NCBI GenBank assembly: GCA_964558005.1
Contig: CAZLCO010000001.1
Coordinates: 62,362-126,361 of the forward strand
Origin: an uncultured Gammaproteobacteria bacterium
GTDB lineage: Bacteria > Cyanobacteriota > Vampirovibrionia > Gastranaerophilales > UBA9971
Direction of reading: 5' to 3'
Length of the DNA: 64,000 bases
Shown here: positions 1 through 8,901 of the stretch, in pieces
Layout of the letters: each line of letters begins with the position of its first letter
Numbering within the stretch: the first letter of the stretch is position 1
Translations under genes and position numbers: made by a program
The notes under the pieces: generated by a model
Told to the model about the DNA's origin: nothing
Database searches by the model: none
Seen by the model: the letters and a program-made list of their open reading frames with translations, nothing else

Positions 1-154
1 TGTTTCATTTTTCATCCTGAACATAAACGAAGATAAAAATTCATTATTAACAGACGCAAAAATCAAAAAACTAGGGTTTGAAAAAGAATCTGAACTGTAT
101 GAATTCGAAATAGAAACAAATCTGCGTAAAACCGAAACAGGGAAAAACCTATGA
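1..154 (+). CDS. 3' end of a gene running off the left edge, possibly PilN-like pilus assembly component
   Basis: The frame is open from base 2 to TGA at 152-154 (...NLRKTETGKNL*). The stop overlaps the next ATG (ATGA). The PilN guess rests only on its position upstream of pilO/pilQ-like genes. Confidence 0.3.
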   Translation, partial: VSFFILNINEDKNSLLTDAKIKKLGFEKESELYEFEIETNLRKTETGKNL

Positions 155-816
155 ACGATTCAAAAAAAATAATAATAATGTGCCTCATCCCGACTGTACT
201 GACGATATTATTCATCGTCCTGTTCACTGTGCCCGCTGTTAAAGAGTATTTTAAACTCAGTAAACAAATTGAACAGAAAAAACTGGCTATAAAAAACACA
301 AAAGTCATTGTGGAAATGCTCAAAGCAAACAAAGGCATTGCAAATGAACTGGAAAAAATAAATACACAGCTCATAGGGTTTGACGTTGAGTTCCCTACGG
401 AATTCAGGGACGAGATACTGCTTATTGACCTGGAAATCTTCGCCAATGAAGCGATAAACCGCATCGTGGGCCTCCAGACATTTGCTGAAAGAGAAGTGGA
501 AATTATTGACCCGAACGAAGACCCAAAAGAAAGAAAAAGAAAAAAACTAAAAAAAGAACAGGAACTACCTCCTGTACAGATAATTCAAAAACCTTTCGAT
601 ATAAACACCGTCGCATATTACAGCGAACTCATAGATTTCGTGGATTTTCTGGAAACTTATCAGAGAAAAGTAAATATCGAAGGCATAACCGCAAAAATTT
701 TCAACGATGATAACCAGAACCCAAACCCCAGGATTGACCTAACAATCAAAGCAAGTACATATAAGTCAATAATAAATAATGCAAGAGAAAATAAAGATGA
801 ACAACCAAAAAAATGA
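151..816 (+). CDS. PilO-like type IV pilus assembly protein
   Basis: 221 aa with an N-terminal TM helix (IIIMCLIPTVLTILFIVLFTV), then a coiled-coil and a C-terminal domain. It lies directly upstream of the secretin. The call rests on architecture and context, not a diagnostic motif. Confidence 0.5.
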   Translation: MNDSKKIIIMCLIPTVLTILFIVLFTVPAVKEYFKLSKQIEQKKLAIKNTKVIVEMLKANKGIANELEKINTQLIGFDVEFPTEFRDEILLIDLEIFANEAINRIVGLQTFAEREVEIIDPNEDPKERKRKKLKKEQELPPVQIIQKPFDINTVAYYSELIDFVDFLETYQRKVNIEGITAKIFNDDNQNPNPRIDLTIKASTYKSIINNARENKDEQPKK

Positions 817-1516
817 AAATTTAAAGAAAATAACCATATCACTGGTAGTTCTGGCCATGTTGGGCGTCAGCCACTATTACTACTCTGATAGCGGCTGCGA
901 GAAAAAACAGGTCAAAAAACCCGCGCAAATCGCTATGAAAAAAGAAGCGAAAGAAATAAAAAAAGAAAAAGATGTAAAAAAAGAAACAAAAACTGACAAA
1001 AAAGAACAAAAACCGGAAAAACCAGAGGAAAAAACTCCTGCAATACAGCCTGAACAACCGAAAAAACCTGAACAAAAACCGGTTCAGTTAAAAGGAATAA
1101 AGCCCACATCCAAAAAAGACATACTGGCAAACGCATCCGGCATAGCAGGAAAAAATGATCCGTTTTCTTATACAGAAAGCAATTTTATACCTCTAAGCCT
1201 CAGCAGTCAGAGTGCAAGCGGCAAACGCACAGGCTCACTGCCTTCGCCGCCACGCTCATCTGATTATTCTCCGGGTACTCCTTCTGAAACAGTCGTAATA
1301 AAAGGATTTATCGGCAACAAAGTTATCGCCCAGATAAAAGGACTGACCGAGTCGCTCGGCGCTAACGAAAGCCTGCAGGGTATAAAAGTAGTGAGCGTAG
1401 ACCCCGCAAATCGCAGCTGTGTGTTTGTTGTGGACGGCAAAAAGGTCACAAAAACAATGAAGCCGATTAACCCTGAAAACAATAAAATTGAACTCAATTA
1501 CATTAATAATCAATAA
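779..1516 (+). CDS. PilP-like lipoprotein with K/E/P-rich linker
   Basis: It has a signal-like N-terminus ending in SGC (possible lipobox), a long KKE/KPE low-complexity linker and a C-terminal beta-rich domain. It sits immediately before pilQ. An alternative ATG is at 797. Confidence 0.4.
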   Translation: MQEKIKMNNQKNENLKKITISLVVLAMLGVSHYYYSDSGCEKKQVKKPAQIAMKKEAKEIKKEKDVKKETKTDKKEQKPEKPEEKTPAIQPEQPKKPEQKPVQLKGIKPTSKKDILANASGIAGKNDPFSYTESNFIPLSLSSQSASGKRTGSLPSPPRSSDYSPGTPSETVVIKGFIGNKVIAQIKGLTESLGANESLQGIKVVSVDPANRSCVFVVDGKKVTKTMKPINPENNKIELNYINNQ

Positions 1517-1526
1517 GAGGTGCTAT

Positions 1527-3236
1527 ATGAAACTAACCAGAATACTTTCCATCATTTGTGCGCTGTATATAGCTTTCATGCTGTGCGTACCGGTATCCGC
1601 CATTAAAGATACCGCTTATCAACCAAAAATAGATACCGTCAAAAGTGTTGAGGAAGGTACTATTTCTGATATGGCAAAAGAAAACATGATAAGAAAACTC
1701 CAGAGCCATATGAATCTGCCGTCACAGACAAGGATAGACCGGGAAATAATCGAGCTCGAAAGCAGCTTTGACGCATTCCCGGAAGAAGCAAGAATTGATT
1801 TGACCCTCAAAGACGTTGATGTGGCTTCGATTTTAAGGATAGTGGCCAAAGAAGGCGGTATGAACATAGTTATTGACGAAAGCGTAATGGGTTTTATCAG
1901 CGCAGAACTCAAGGATATTTCGCTCAACGAGGCGATGCAGACCATTCTGGTTAGTGAAGAACTTGAAGCAAGGGTTTCCAAAAACATTATATTCATAGCA
2001 TCAAGGCCTGTTATGGCTAAAAAAGGCCTTAACAGGAGTTTTATCAAAACATTTAAGCTGAATAACTCAAATGCGGTTTATATAGCTGATATTTTAAGAG
2101 CAAGCATTTTTAATAAAGGATATAAAGTAAAACAGGACGGAACTGTCGATGGCAGCGCGTTCGCCGCAATGTCCGCACCTCCGGGCATTGAGCAAACAGA
2201 ACAGCAGGGCTCTTCAACAGGGCAGAGCGACCTTATAAATTCAAAAACAATTAAAGGCAAGGTTGAAACCCTTCAGGCGAGCGAAGGATTCGGCAATGCG
2301 GGCGAACTGGCCAGCAATATCAAGATACAGCACGCTATTGCAAAAACAGGAGATATTTCTGTTGAAAACAATGACGGCGGAGCTATTGTAATCCCTGACA
2401 CAAGGACGAATTCCATACTTGTGGCCGGACTTAAAAAAGATATCCTACTTGCCGAAGAAGCAATAAAATACCTTGATAAACCTCTTAAACAGGTGGCTAT
2501 AGAAGTATCCCTCCTTGAACTTAAAAAAGACGATTCAAAAGATCTGGGACTGTCAGCAAATATGCAGGGCGGTAAAACAAGCGGCGGCTTTAATACAACC
2601 AGCGGCGCATTTACCGGACTGAGCGAATTCGCTTCCAGCGCAAACCAGTCGGGCATTATGTTAAATACAGTAGGAAGCCTGGCCGATGAAGTGGCGGTAA
2701 GACTAAATGCCATGATATACAACGAAGAAGCAAAATTACTTGCTAATCCTACTATAGTTGCGCTTAACGGCAGCGAGTCCCTGATTAAAATAACCGAACA
2801 AATTGTAAATAAAGTCGACACAACAATCAGCGACGGCGTAACCACCTATTCGGTCAAGCTGGCTGATGTCGGTATTGTCCTGAATATACTGCCCAAAATA
2901 GGGGATGATGGTTCAGTCACAATGAGGATAAGGCCATCAATAACAAACTCCCTGCCAACACAGACAGTAGGCACGGTGGGCAGTACAAATATAGAAATAA
3001 CTCCTATAGCAACAAGAGAAGTTATCCTTCAGGACGTAAGGGTTAAATCAGGTGAAACTCTTTCTATTGCAGGACTCACCAAAGAAAAAGATATTGAAAA
3101 AGTGGGCAGGGTGCCATTACTTGGCTCCATACCGGTACTGGGAAGATTATTCAGCAATACCGAATTTGACCACGAAAAAACCGAACTGATTATTTTAATT
3201 ACACCCACGATTATTGACGATGTAGCAAGCCTCTAA
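1527..3236 (+). CDS. pilQ: type IV pilus / type II secretion family secretin (PilQ-like)
   Basis: The C-terminal secretin signature is present: VPLLGSIPVLGRLFSNTEFDHEKTELIILITPTII. It has a signal peptide (MKLTRILSIICALYIAFMLCVPVSA). ATG at 1527 is preceded by AAGAGG at 1515-1520; the ORF track start at 1488 is less likely. Confidence 0.85.
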   Translation: MKLTRILSIICALYIAFMLCVPVSAIKDTAYQPKIDTVKSVEEGTISDMAKENMIRKLQSHMNLPSQTRIDREIIELESSFDAFPEEARIDLTLKDVDVASILRIVAKEGGMNIVIDESVMGFISAELKDISLNEAMQTILVSEELEARVSKNIIFIASRPVMAKKGLNRSFIKTFKLNNSNAVYIADILRASIFNKGYKVKQDGTVDGSAFAAMSAPPGIEQTEQQGSSTGQSDLINSKTIKGKVETLQASEGFGNAGELASNIKIQHAIAKTGDISVENNDGGAIVIPDTRTNSILVAGLKKDILLAEEAIKYLDKPLKQVAIEVSLLELKKDDSKDLGLSANMQGGKTSGGFNTTSGAFTGLSEFASSANQSGIMLNTVGSLADEVAVRLNAMIYNEEAKLLANPTIVALNGSESLIKITEQIVNKVDTTISDGVTTYSVKLADVGIVLNILPKIGDDGSVTMRIRPSITNSLPTQTVGTVGSTNIEITPIATREVILQDVRVKSGETLSIAGLTKEKDIEKVGRVPLLGSIPVLGRLFSNTEFDHEKTELIILITPTIIDDVASL

Positions 3237-3240
3237 AAAA

Positions 3241-3268
3241 AATCCCCCGGTAAATCCGGGGATTTTTT
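3241..3268 (+). terminator. rho-independent terminator after pilQ
   Basis: The sequence aatcccccgg-taaa-tccggggatttttt forms a GC-rich stem-loop followed by a T-run, 5 nt after the stop. Confidence 0.75.
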
Positions 3269-3421
3269 AATGAATAAAATCAACATTATTATTTTTATTT
3301 AAATTTTTTAGCTTTCTTTCAATTTTTTGTTTCTTTTCCCAAAAAGCCAGCCAGCAGGATGTTTTCCTCAAGCCAGCTGAGTATATTTAGAATTTAGCTT
3401 TTGTTATTTCAGAGCCGGTTA

Positions 3422-3646
3422 TCATTTAACTGTTCTCCCGGTAGCCCGCGATGAACCATCATTAACTCCTTTAACAGCTTTAATGTTTTCATCAATGACT
3501 GAATAATCATAGCTAAAATCTAAAAAGCCAAGGCCACTTCGTGGTTTTTGCGCAGAATCATTTATCATTGCAAGAAAGGCTTCTTCTAATTGTTTTAAAT
3601 TTTTTTTACAAGGGTATTTATCCCGGTCTGTCATATTATGACCCAC
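3422..3646 (-). CDS. hypothetical small protein
   Basis: A 74-aa ORF isolated in a 600-bp AT-rich non-coding stretch. No motif was recognised. Confidence 0.3.
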   Translation of the reverse strand: MGHNMTDRDKYPCKKNLKQLEEAFLAMINDSAQKPRSGLGFLDFSYDYSVIDENIKAVKGVNDGSSRATGRTVK

Positions 3647-3844
3647 GCTTGCTAAATCTCCATTTTTAAGACATTAATTACTACTCCGCTCAAGTTTAAT
3701 TTTTTATTTCAGGTTAATAAACACAACTCATCTCTTTTATATATAAAAAATATATATCAATATAAATTGCCTTTTTTTACAAAAAATCTTAATTTTTTCT
3801 TAATGTTTTGTAATGTTTATAACTTTCTGCTATATTTACACACT

Positions 3845-4645
3845 ATGAAAACCCTGGGAATACTATATATTTGTCCGACCCCAATAGGGAACATGGAAGA
3901 CATTACCCTCAGAGTGTTAAAAACCTTAAGGGAAGTTGACCTGATTGCCTGTGAAGACACGAGGGTGACCCAAAAACTGCTTAACCGGTATGAAATAAGT
4001 ACAAAATTAACCAGCTACCATAAATTCAGCGAAAAAGAAAAAAGTGAGTATCTTGTTAAGCTTTTGCGGGAAGGCAAAAATATTGCGCTTGTGTCTGATG
4101 CGGGCACACCTTTAATAAGTGACCCGGGCGCTGAGCTGCTCAAACATGAGATTAATGTAGCACCCCTGCCCGGGGCTAATTCAATTACTACAGCACTCTG
4201 CGCTGCGCCGACAGAAAAAAACGAGTTTGTTTTTGTGGGGTTTTTGCCTAAAACCAAAAAGGACTTCTTGCTTAAATACTCAGCCGTAAACATTGTGGCT
4301 TTTGAGTCGCCTAACAGGCTGGTTAAAACCCTTAAAGAGCTGTTTGATATTTTTGGCGAAACTAAAATCACTGTAGCAAGGGAGCTGACCAAAATTTATG
4401 AGGAAATAAAAACCGGTTCAATTGATACTTTAATAAGCTATTACACCCAAAGCCCTCCAAAGGGCGAAATAGTACTGGTTATTCATGGCATAGAAGAAAA
4501 AAAGCCCAAAGAGCAGGACATAATCAATAAAATTAATTTGCTTAAAAAAGAAGGGTATTCTGTTAAGGACATAAGCAAAATTATTTCTGTTTTATATAAA
4601 TATCCAAAAAATGAAGTGTATGAACTTGCGATGAATTTAAATTAA
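3845..4645 (+). CDS. rsmI: 16S rRNA (cytidine1402-2'-O)-methyltransferase
   Basis: The N-terminus GILYICPTPIGNMEDITLRVLKTLREVDLIACEDTRVTQKLL is typical of RsmI tetrapyrrole-methylase-fold proteins. The start was moved to ATG 3845 (MKTLGILY). Confidence 0.88.
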   Translation: MKTLGILYICPTPIGNMEDITLRVLKTLREVDLIACEDTRVTQKLLNRYEISTKLTSYHKFSEKEKSEYLVKLLREGKNIALVSDAGTPLISDPGAELLKHEINVAPLPGANSITTALCAAPTEKNEFVFVGFLPKTKKDFLLKYSAVNIVAFESPNRLVKTLKELFDIFGETKITVARELTKIYEEIKTGSIDTLISYYTQSPPKGEIVLVIHGIEEKKPKEQDIINKINLLKKEGYSVKDISKIISVLYKYPKNEVYELAMNLN

Positions 4646-4683
4646 AGTAAAATAAAAAAAGATTTGTGGAGTATAATTTAATT

Positions 4684-6045
4684 ATGAATATAAAAACCAA
4701 ACAGAGCGTAAACTTTCCATACATTGACAGGCCAGTACAGATATATACGCTGGAAAACGGTCATACAATAACTATCGCATATAAACCCGGCCAGCTTGTA
4801 AACGTGAGTACCTGGATAAAAACAGGCTCAATAAACGAGGATGACTCAATAACAGGGCTTTCTCATTTCCTTGAGCATCTTATGTTCAAGGGTACAAAAA
4901 AGTATCCGGCAGGCGAATTTGACAGGATTCTTGAGGCAAAGGGCGCTGTAGTGAACGCTGCTACCTGGAAAGATTACACTTTTTATTATGTAACCATGCC
5001 CAAAGGCGAAAATAACGAAAACCTTAACCAGCTGGTAGAACTGCATGCTGATATGATGATTAACCCATTGTTGCCTGAAGAGGAAATCGGCGCACCGTTT
5101 GACCTTGAAAATCCGGATGTTGAAGAAAAAAGGGAAAGATTTGTTGTTATAGAAGAAATAAGGATGCGGGATGACAACCACTGGACAAAAACCTACGATG
5201 AGGTGAATAACCTCATGTACAAGGTCCACCCCTATAAAAGGGATGTAATCGGCACAGCAGAAGTCATCGCCTCAGTATCGCAGCAGACTATAATGGATTA
5301 TTACAAAAACTGGTACACCCCTGAAAACATGAACACTATCATAGTCGGGGAAGTTGAGCCTGATGAAGCTGTTGAACTGGTAATGAAAAACTTTATTTTC
5401 CCGGAAGAAAGAAAAACAACTCCGGCGGTGTATGAACAGGAACCCGAACAAAACGAAGTAAGGCACGTAGAAAACAAGAAGAAAAATATAAATACAGGTT
5501 TCCTTATCATGGGTTTTCACGGGCCAAAACCAATAGATTTAAAAGATAATATATGCGTTGACATCTTGAGCAATGTCCTAGGCGAAGGCAAAAGCTCAAG
5601 GTTTTATCAAAACCTTATAGAAAAACAGGAAGAACAGGTCTTTAACGTTGTGGGCTCTACACAATACGAATTTAAGGAAGGTAATATCTTCCTTGTGCAG
5701 GGAAACTTTATCCCGGAAAAAAAGGAGCTTGCGCTTGAGCTTATAAAACAGCAAATTAAAAATGTAAGCGAAAATTATATTGATGAAACCGAACTCGTAA
5801 AAGCCAAAAAACGTTTAAAGGCGGGGTTTGCCGAAGAAGCAGAAACTGTTTCTGATATTGGGGAAATGATAGGCCACTGTATGACAGTGTGCGGGGATAT
5901 CTCCTGCCATATCAATTATCTTGACGTACTGGAAACCATTACTCTAAAAGACGTTCAAGAAGCCGCAAAAAAATACCTTGACCTTAACAGAGTTTCTATA
6001 TCGATACTTGTACCAGAAAAGCTTGATAATGAAATAAATGCTTAA
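4684..6045 (+). CDS. M16 family zinc peptidase (catalytic, HxxEH)
   Basis: The inverted zinc motif HFLEHLMFKGT is present and the length is right for an M16 protein. ATG 4684 follows GTGGAG at 4666-4671. Confidence 0.88.
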   Translation: MNIKTKQSVNFPYIDRPVQIYTLENGHTITIAYKPGQLVNVSTWIKTGSINEDDSITGLSHFLEHLMFKGTKKYPAGEFDRILEAKGAVVNAATWKDYTFYYVTMPKGENNENLNQLVELHADMMINPLLPEEEIGAPFDLENPDVEEKRERFVVIEEIRMRDDNHWTKTYDEVNNLMYKVHPYKRDVIGTAEVIASVSQQTIMDYYKNWYTPENMNTIIVGEVEPDEAVELVMKNFIFPEERKTTPAVYEQEPEQNEVRHVENKKKNINTGFLIMGFHGPKPIDLKDNICVDILSNVLGEGKSSRFYQNLIEKQEEQVFNVVGSTQYEFKEGNIFLVQGNFIPEKKELALELIKQQIKNVSENYIDETELVKAKKRLKAGFAEEAETVSDIGEMIGHCMTVCGDISCHINYLDVLETITLKDVQEAAKKYLDLNRVSISILVPEKLDNEINA

Positions 6046-6063
6046 ATATGTTATATTGGCTAT

Positions 6064-6303
6064 ATGAGTGTACCAAAAGATAAATTACACCAGCTTATAG
6101 AACTAATTCCTGACGAAAATAGTGAGGAAATAGTTGAATACCTTGAAAATTATATTCAAAAAAAACAAAAAAAAGATGAATTTGATCCGTCTAGCTATAT
6201 AGGTATTTTAGCCGACCTTGCTATTGATGTTGAAGAAGAATGCAAAAAAATGCGAGACGAGTGGGAAGAGAGGGAAAATAGGGAATGGGATTTGAATATC
6301 TGA
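6064..6303 (+). CDS. putative antitoxin (acidic small protein) of a PIN toxin
   Basis: 79 aa, acidic, and overlapping the downstream PIN gene by 19 nt. The family was not recognised. Confidence 0.5.
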   Translation: MSVPKDKLHQLIELIPDENSEEIVEYLENYIQKKQKKDEFDPSSYIGILADLAIDVEEECKKMRDEWEERENREWDLNI

Positions 6304-6677
6304 TTGACACCAATATATTAATTTATTTTATAGAAAATAAAATCCCCGAAAATGAATTTAAAAAAGTAAATAAAATTGTTAAGTCTTCATTTAATATTTC
6401 CTGTATGACTAAAATTGAACTTTTAAGCTGGAAAAAACTTGAAGAATATCATTTTATTGAGTTAAAAAAATTTTTATCCAATTCAACCGTATTCCTTTTG
6501 AATGAAGACTTAATAGAAAAAACAATTTTACTAAGAAAAAATCATGGGATTAAAACTCCTGATGCTATAATAGGTGCAACAGCATTAAACAATGATTTGA
6601 TTTTGGTAACCAGGAACGTGAAAGATTTTAAAAAAATTAACGGATTAAATATTTATAACCCATTTGACAGAGAATAG
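6285..6677 (+). CDS. vapC: PIN-domain ribonuclease toxin (VapC-like)
   Basis: The N-terminus YLIDTNILIYF carries the conserved Asp. The size is 130 aa. C-terminal TPDAIIGATA and LVTRN motifs are typical of VapC. Confidence 0.8.
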   Translation: MGFEYLIDTNILIYFIENKIPENEFKKVNKIVKSSFNISCMTKIELLSWKKLEEYHFIELKKFLSNSTVFLLNEDLIEKTILLRKNHGIKTPDAIIGATALNNDLILVTRNVKDFKKINGLNIYNPFDRE

Positions 6678-6689
6678 AAAAGGAAAACA

Positions 6690-7937
6690 ATGAATTCTTT
6701 TAATACAGACACTTTAAGCAACGGAATAAAAGTAATAACAAAACAAAGGCCTAATACGCCAAGAACAGCCGTAAACCTTTATATGGGCTCCGGCGCAAAA
6801 TACGAAAACCTCGCAGGCATGTCAAACCTGACAGGAAGGCTTTTACTTCAGGGGACAGAAACAAGAACCGCCGAGCAAATAGCAAATGAGCTTGATTCAA
6901 ATGCCATAGAGCTTGGGGTTGAAGTAAAACAGGACTATTTAAGGACAAGAACCCTCTTTTTAAACGAGGATCTAAACACCGCCCTTAACCTGCTGGAAGA
7001 TGTAACAAAAAATTCCACTTTTGAAAATATTGACAGGGAAATAATGAAATTTTCCGGCGAACTCAGGCTTGAACTGGACTCGCCAAAGACACGGGCCTTT
7101 GACAACCTTATTTGCACTATATTTAAAAACCACCCGTATGGCCATTCCCATACAACAATACTTGAAAGTTTACCTTCTATAAAAAAGCAGGACGTGATTG
7201 ACTATCACCTAAAAACTTCTTTAATCCCTGAAAGAATTATGTTTTCTGTGGTTGGAGATGTAAAAAAACAGCAGATACTTGATATCCTGGAAGAAAAATT
7301 TGGCCCAATGCCCCACCGGCAGGCCCGACAAACAGACGTTGCCCCTGTGACAATATCTGAAACAAAAACATTAACGCTATCCAGCGACGATGCTGCGCAG
7401 GCACAAATAATACAGGGGTGGGTGGGACCTTCAATTTCAAACAGGGACTACCCGGCAGTTATTCTTCTTAACACCATTCTGGGCTCAAGCGGCCTGAGTT
7501 CAAGGCTGTTTGTAGAACTCAGGGACAAAAAAGGCCTTGCTTATCATGTCCGCAGCAGCGTTGAAGCCCTGAAGCATATGGGGGTTATAACCGTTTATAT
7601 CGGCACAGCGCCCGGTAATATTCAAACATGCCTTGAAGGGTTTGATCTTGAAATAAACAAGCTTAAAAACGAAACAATATCAGAAAAAGAATTAAATGAT
7701 GCAAAAACTAATTATCTTGGCAAAAGGGCTTTCATGCACGAAACAAATGCACAGCTGGCCTATTACCTTGGCTATTTTGATATAATGGGACTGGGTGCGG
7801 AATTTGATACCAAAATAGAGGAAGCTATAAAGAAAACTTCTGCCGAAGACATAAAAAGAGTAGCTAATATTTATTTTAACGCTGGTTCAGTCATATCAAT
7901 ACTTGCACAGAAAGAATTCCTTGCCTGTGTTCAGTAA
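6690..7937 (+). CDS. M16 family peptidase-like protein (non-catalytic partner, no HxxEH)
   Basis: It has the M16 fold pattern (GSGAKYE, LTGRLLLQGT, SRLFVELRDKKGLAY) but lacks the HxxEH motif. This matches the usual second subunit of paired M16 genes. Confidence 0.8.
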   Translation: MNSFNTDTLSNGIKVITKQRPNTPRTAVNLYMGSGAKYENLAGMSNLTGRLLLQGTETRTAEQIANELDSNAIELGVEVKQDYLRTRTLFLNEDLNTALNLLEDVTKNSTFENIDREIMKFSGELRLELDSPKTRAFDNLICTIFKNHPYGHSHTTILESLPSIKKQDVIDYHLKTSLIPERIMFSVVGDVKKQQILDILEEKFGPMPHRQARQTDVAPVTISETKTLTLSSDDAAQAQIIQGWVGPSISNRDYPAVILLNTILGSSGLSSRLFVELRDKKGLAYHVRSSVEALKHMGVITVYIGTAPGNIQTCLEGFDLEINKLKNETISEKELNDAKTNYLGKRAFMHETNAQLAYYLGYFDIMGLGAEFDTKIEEAIKKTSAEDIKRVANIYFNAGSVISILAQKEFLACVQ

Positions 7938-8093
7938 AAAATATGAATAATCGTAAACATTCAGGCTGTGGCTATTTATTAATCCCGAAAAAAATTGTAA
8001 AATTTTATTAATATTCAAACTAAATTCTGTTAACTTTTTATTTCAGGCGTTTTTATCCGGTATGCTTATATTATAGGGGAATTCAGCAGCCAA

Positions 8094-8897
8094 ATGTCTA
8101 TCAACTCTGTAAACACAGCTGGCACTAATAATCTAAACAAGGCAGGTTTAGTAAACTTCGGGCAAACTAAAAATAAAAAAGAGGAAAAAGACCCTTACCG
8201 CTCTTATCCGTTAAGAGGTGCCGCTTATATGAACGAATTGGGAGTAGCCCTCCAGCCCAAAATTGGGCCGGGACCGGCACTTGCGCTATGGGCTCCTGCG
8301 CTGGCCTATTTTGGCATGGACATAAATGATAAATACCAAAAAGGCACAAACGGAAAAGATAAAGATACCCGAACAGGAGTTCAGGCAGCCGTATTTCACT
8401 CCCTCGCCAGTATAATATTCCCTACCGCAGTTATTCATGCGGCACAAAAATATGCAATGGAAACAAAAATCAAGGGAAAAACTCTTTTTGAAAGGGCTTA
8501 CAGCTTTGTAAAGAAAAATGGACCTAAAGCATATAAAGACGGTTCACCAGTGAATAACAAAGTCCTGAAAGGCTGGACTGAAAATTTACACAGAGTACCT
8601 GTTATCGGGAAAGTGCTTGTGCACGACCCTGTTGAAGAAATCAAGCTTTTAACTAAAATGAATTTAAAGAACAGGGGCGCACAGAAATTTTCTACCGCAT
8701 TCAAGACCGCTGTTGGCCTTGGAGCCCTTGCTGTAGCTGCGGTGCCAATAGATATGCTTACTGAAAAAGTGTTCATGAAGCCAGTTAATTATGCGCTGGG
8801 CCTGAAAGAGGACCACGACCGCCACGAAAAACCAATTGCGGCAAAACAGCTGGATGCGCCTGAAAAACTTTTAACATTACAAAGCAGGTTGAAATAA
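8094..8897 (+). CDS. membrane protein, possible MTP18/MTFP1-like family
   Basis: 267 aa with several hydrophobic segments. The blocks AAYMNELGVAL, YFGMDINDKYQKG, AAVFHSLASIIFPTAVIHA and AVPIDMLTEKV recall my memory of mitochondrial fission process protein 1. See findings. Confidence 0.6.
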   Translation: MSINSVNTAGTNNLNKAGLVNFGQTKNKKEEKDPYRSYPLRGAAYMNELGVALQPKIGPGPALALWAPALAYFGMDINDKYQKGTNGKDKDTRTGVQAAVFHSLASIIFPTAVIHAAQKYAMETKIKGKTLFERAYSFVKKNGPKAYKDGSPVNNKVLKGWTENLHRVPVIGKVLVHDPVEEIKLLTKMNLKNRGAQKFSTAFKTAVGLGALAVAAVPIDMLTEKVFMKPVNYALGLKEDHDRHEKPIAAKQLDAPEKLLTLQSRLK

Positions 8898-8901
8898 ATA
8901 T

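Noticed and set aside
2273-2845. Long antisense ORFs inside well-supported genes. Examples are 2273-2845, 12760-13230, 20397-20945, 59519-60085 and 62899-63336.
   Set aside because: Each lies wholly within a gene with diagnostic motifs on the other strand (pilQ, pheS, uppS/rdgB, sppA, smc). Each yields a low-complexity or hydrophobic nonsense sequence.
7938-7952. An identical 15-mer, aaaatatgaataatc, just after the stop codons of the second M16 gene (7938-7952) and of apt (24108-24122).
   Set aside because: For an AT-rich 64-kb sequence, one or more chance 15-mer matches are expected. The flanks do not align, and the mini-ORFs they would start (22 aa and 7 aa) are unrelated.
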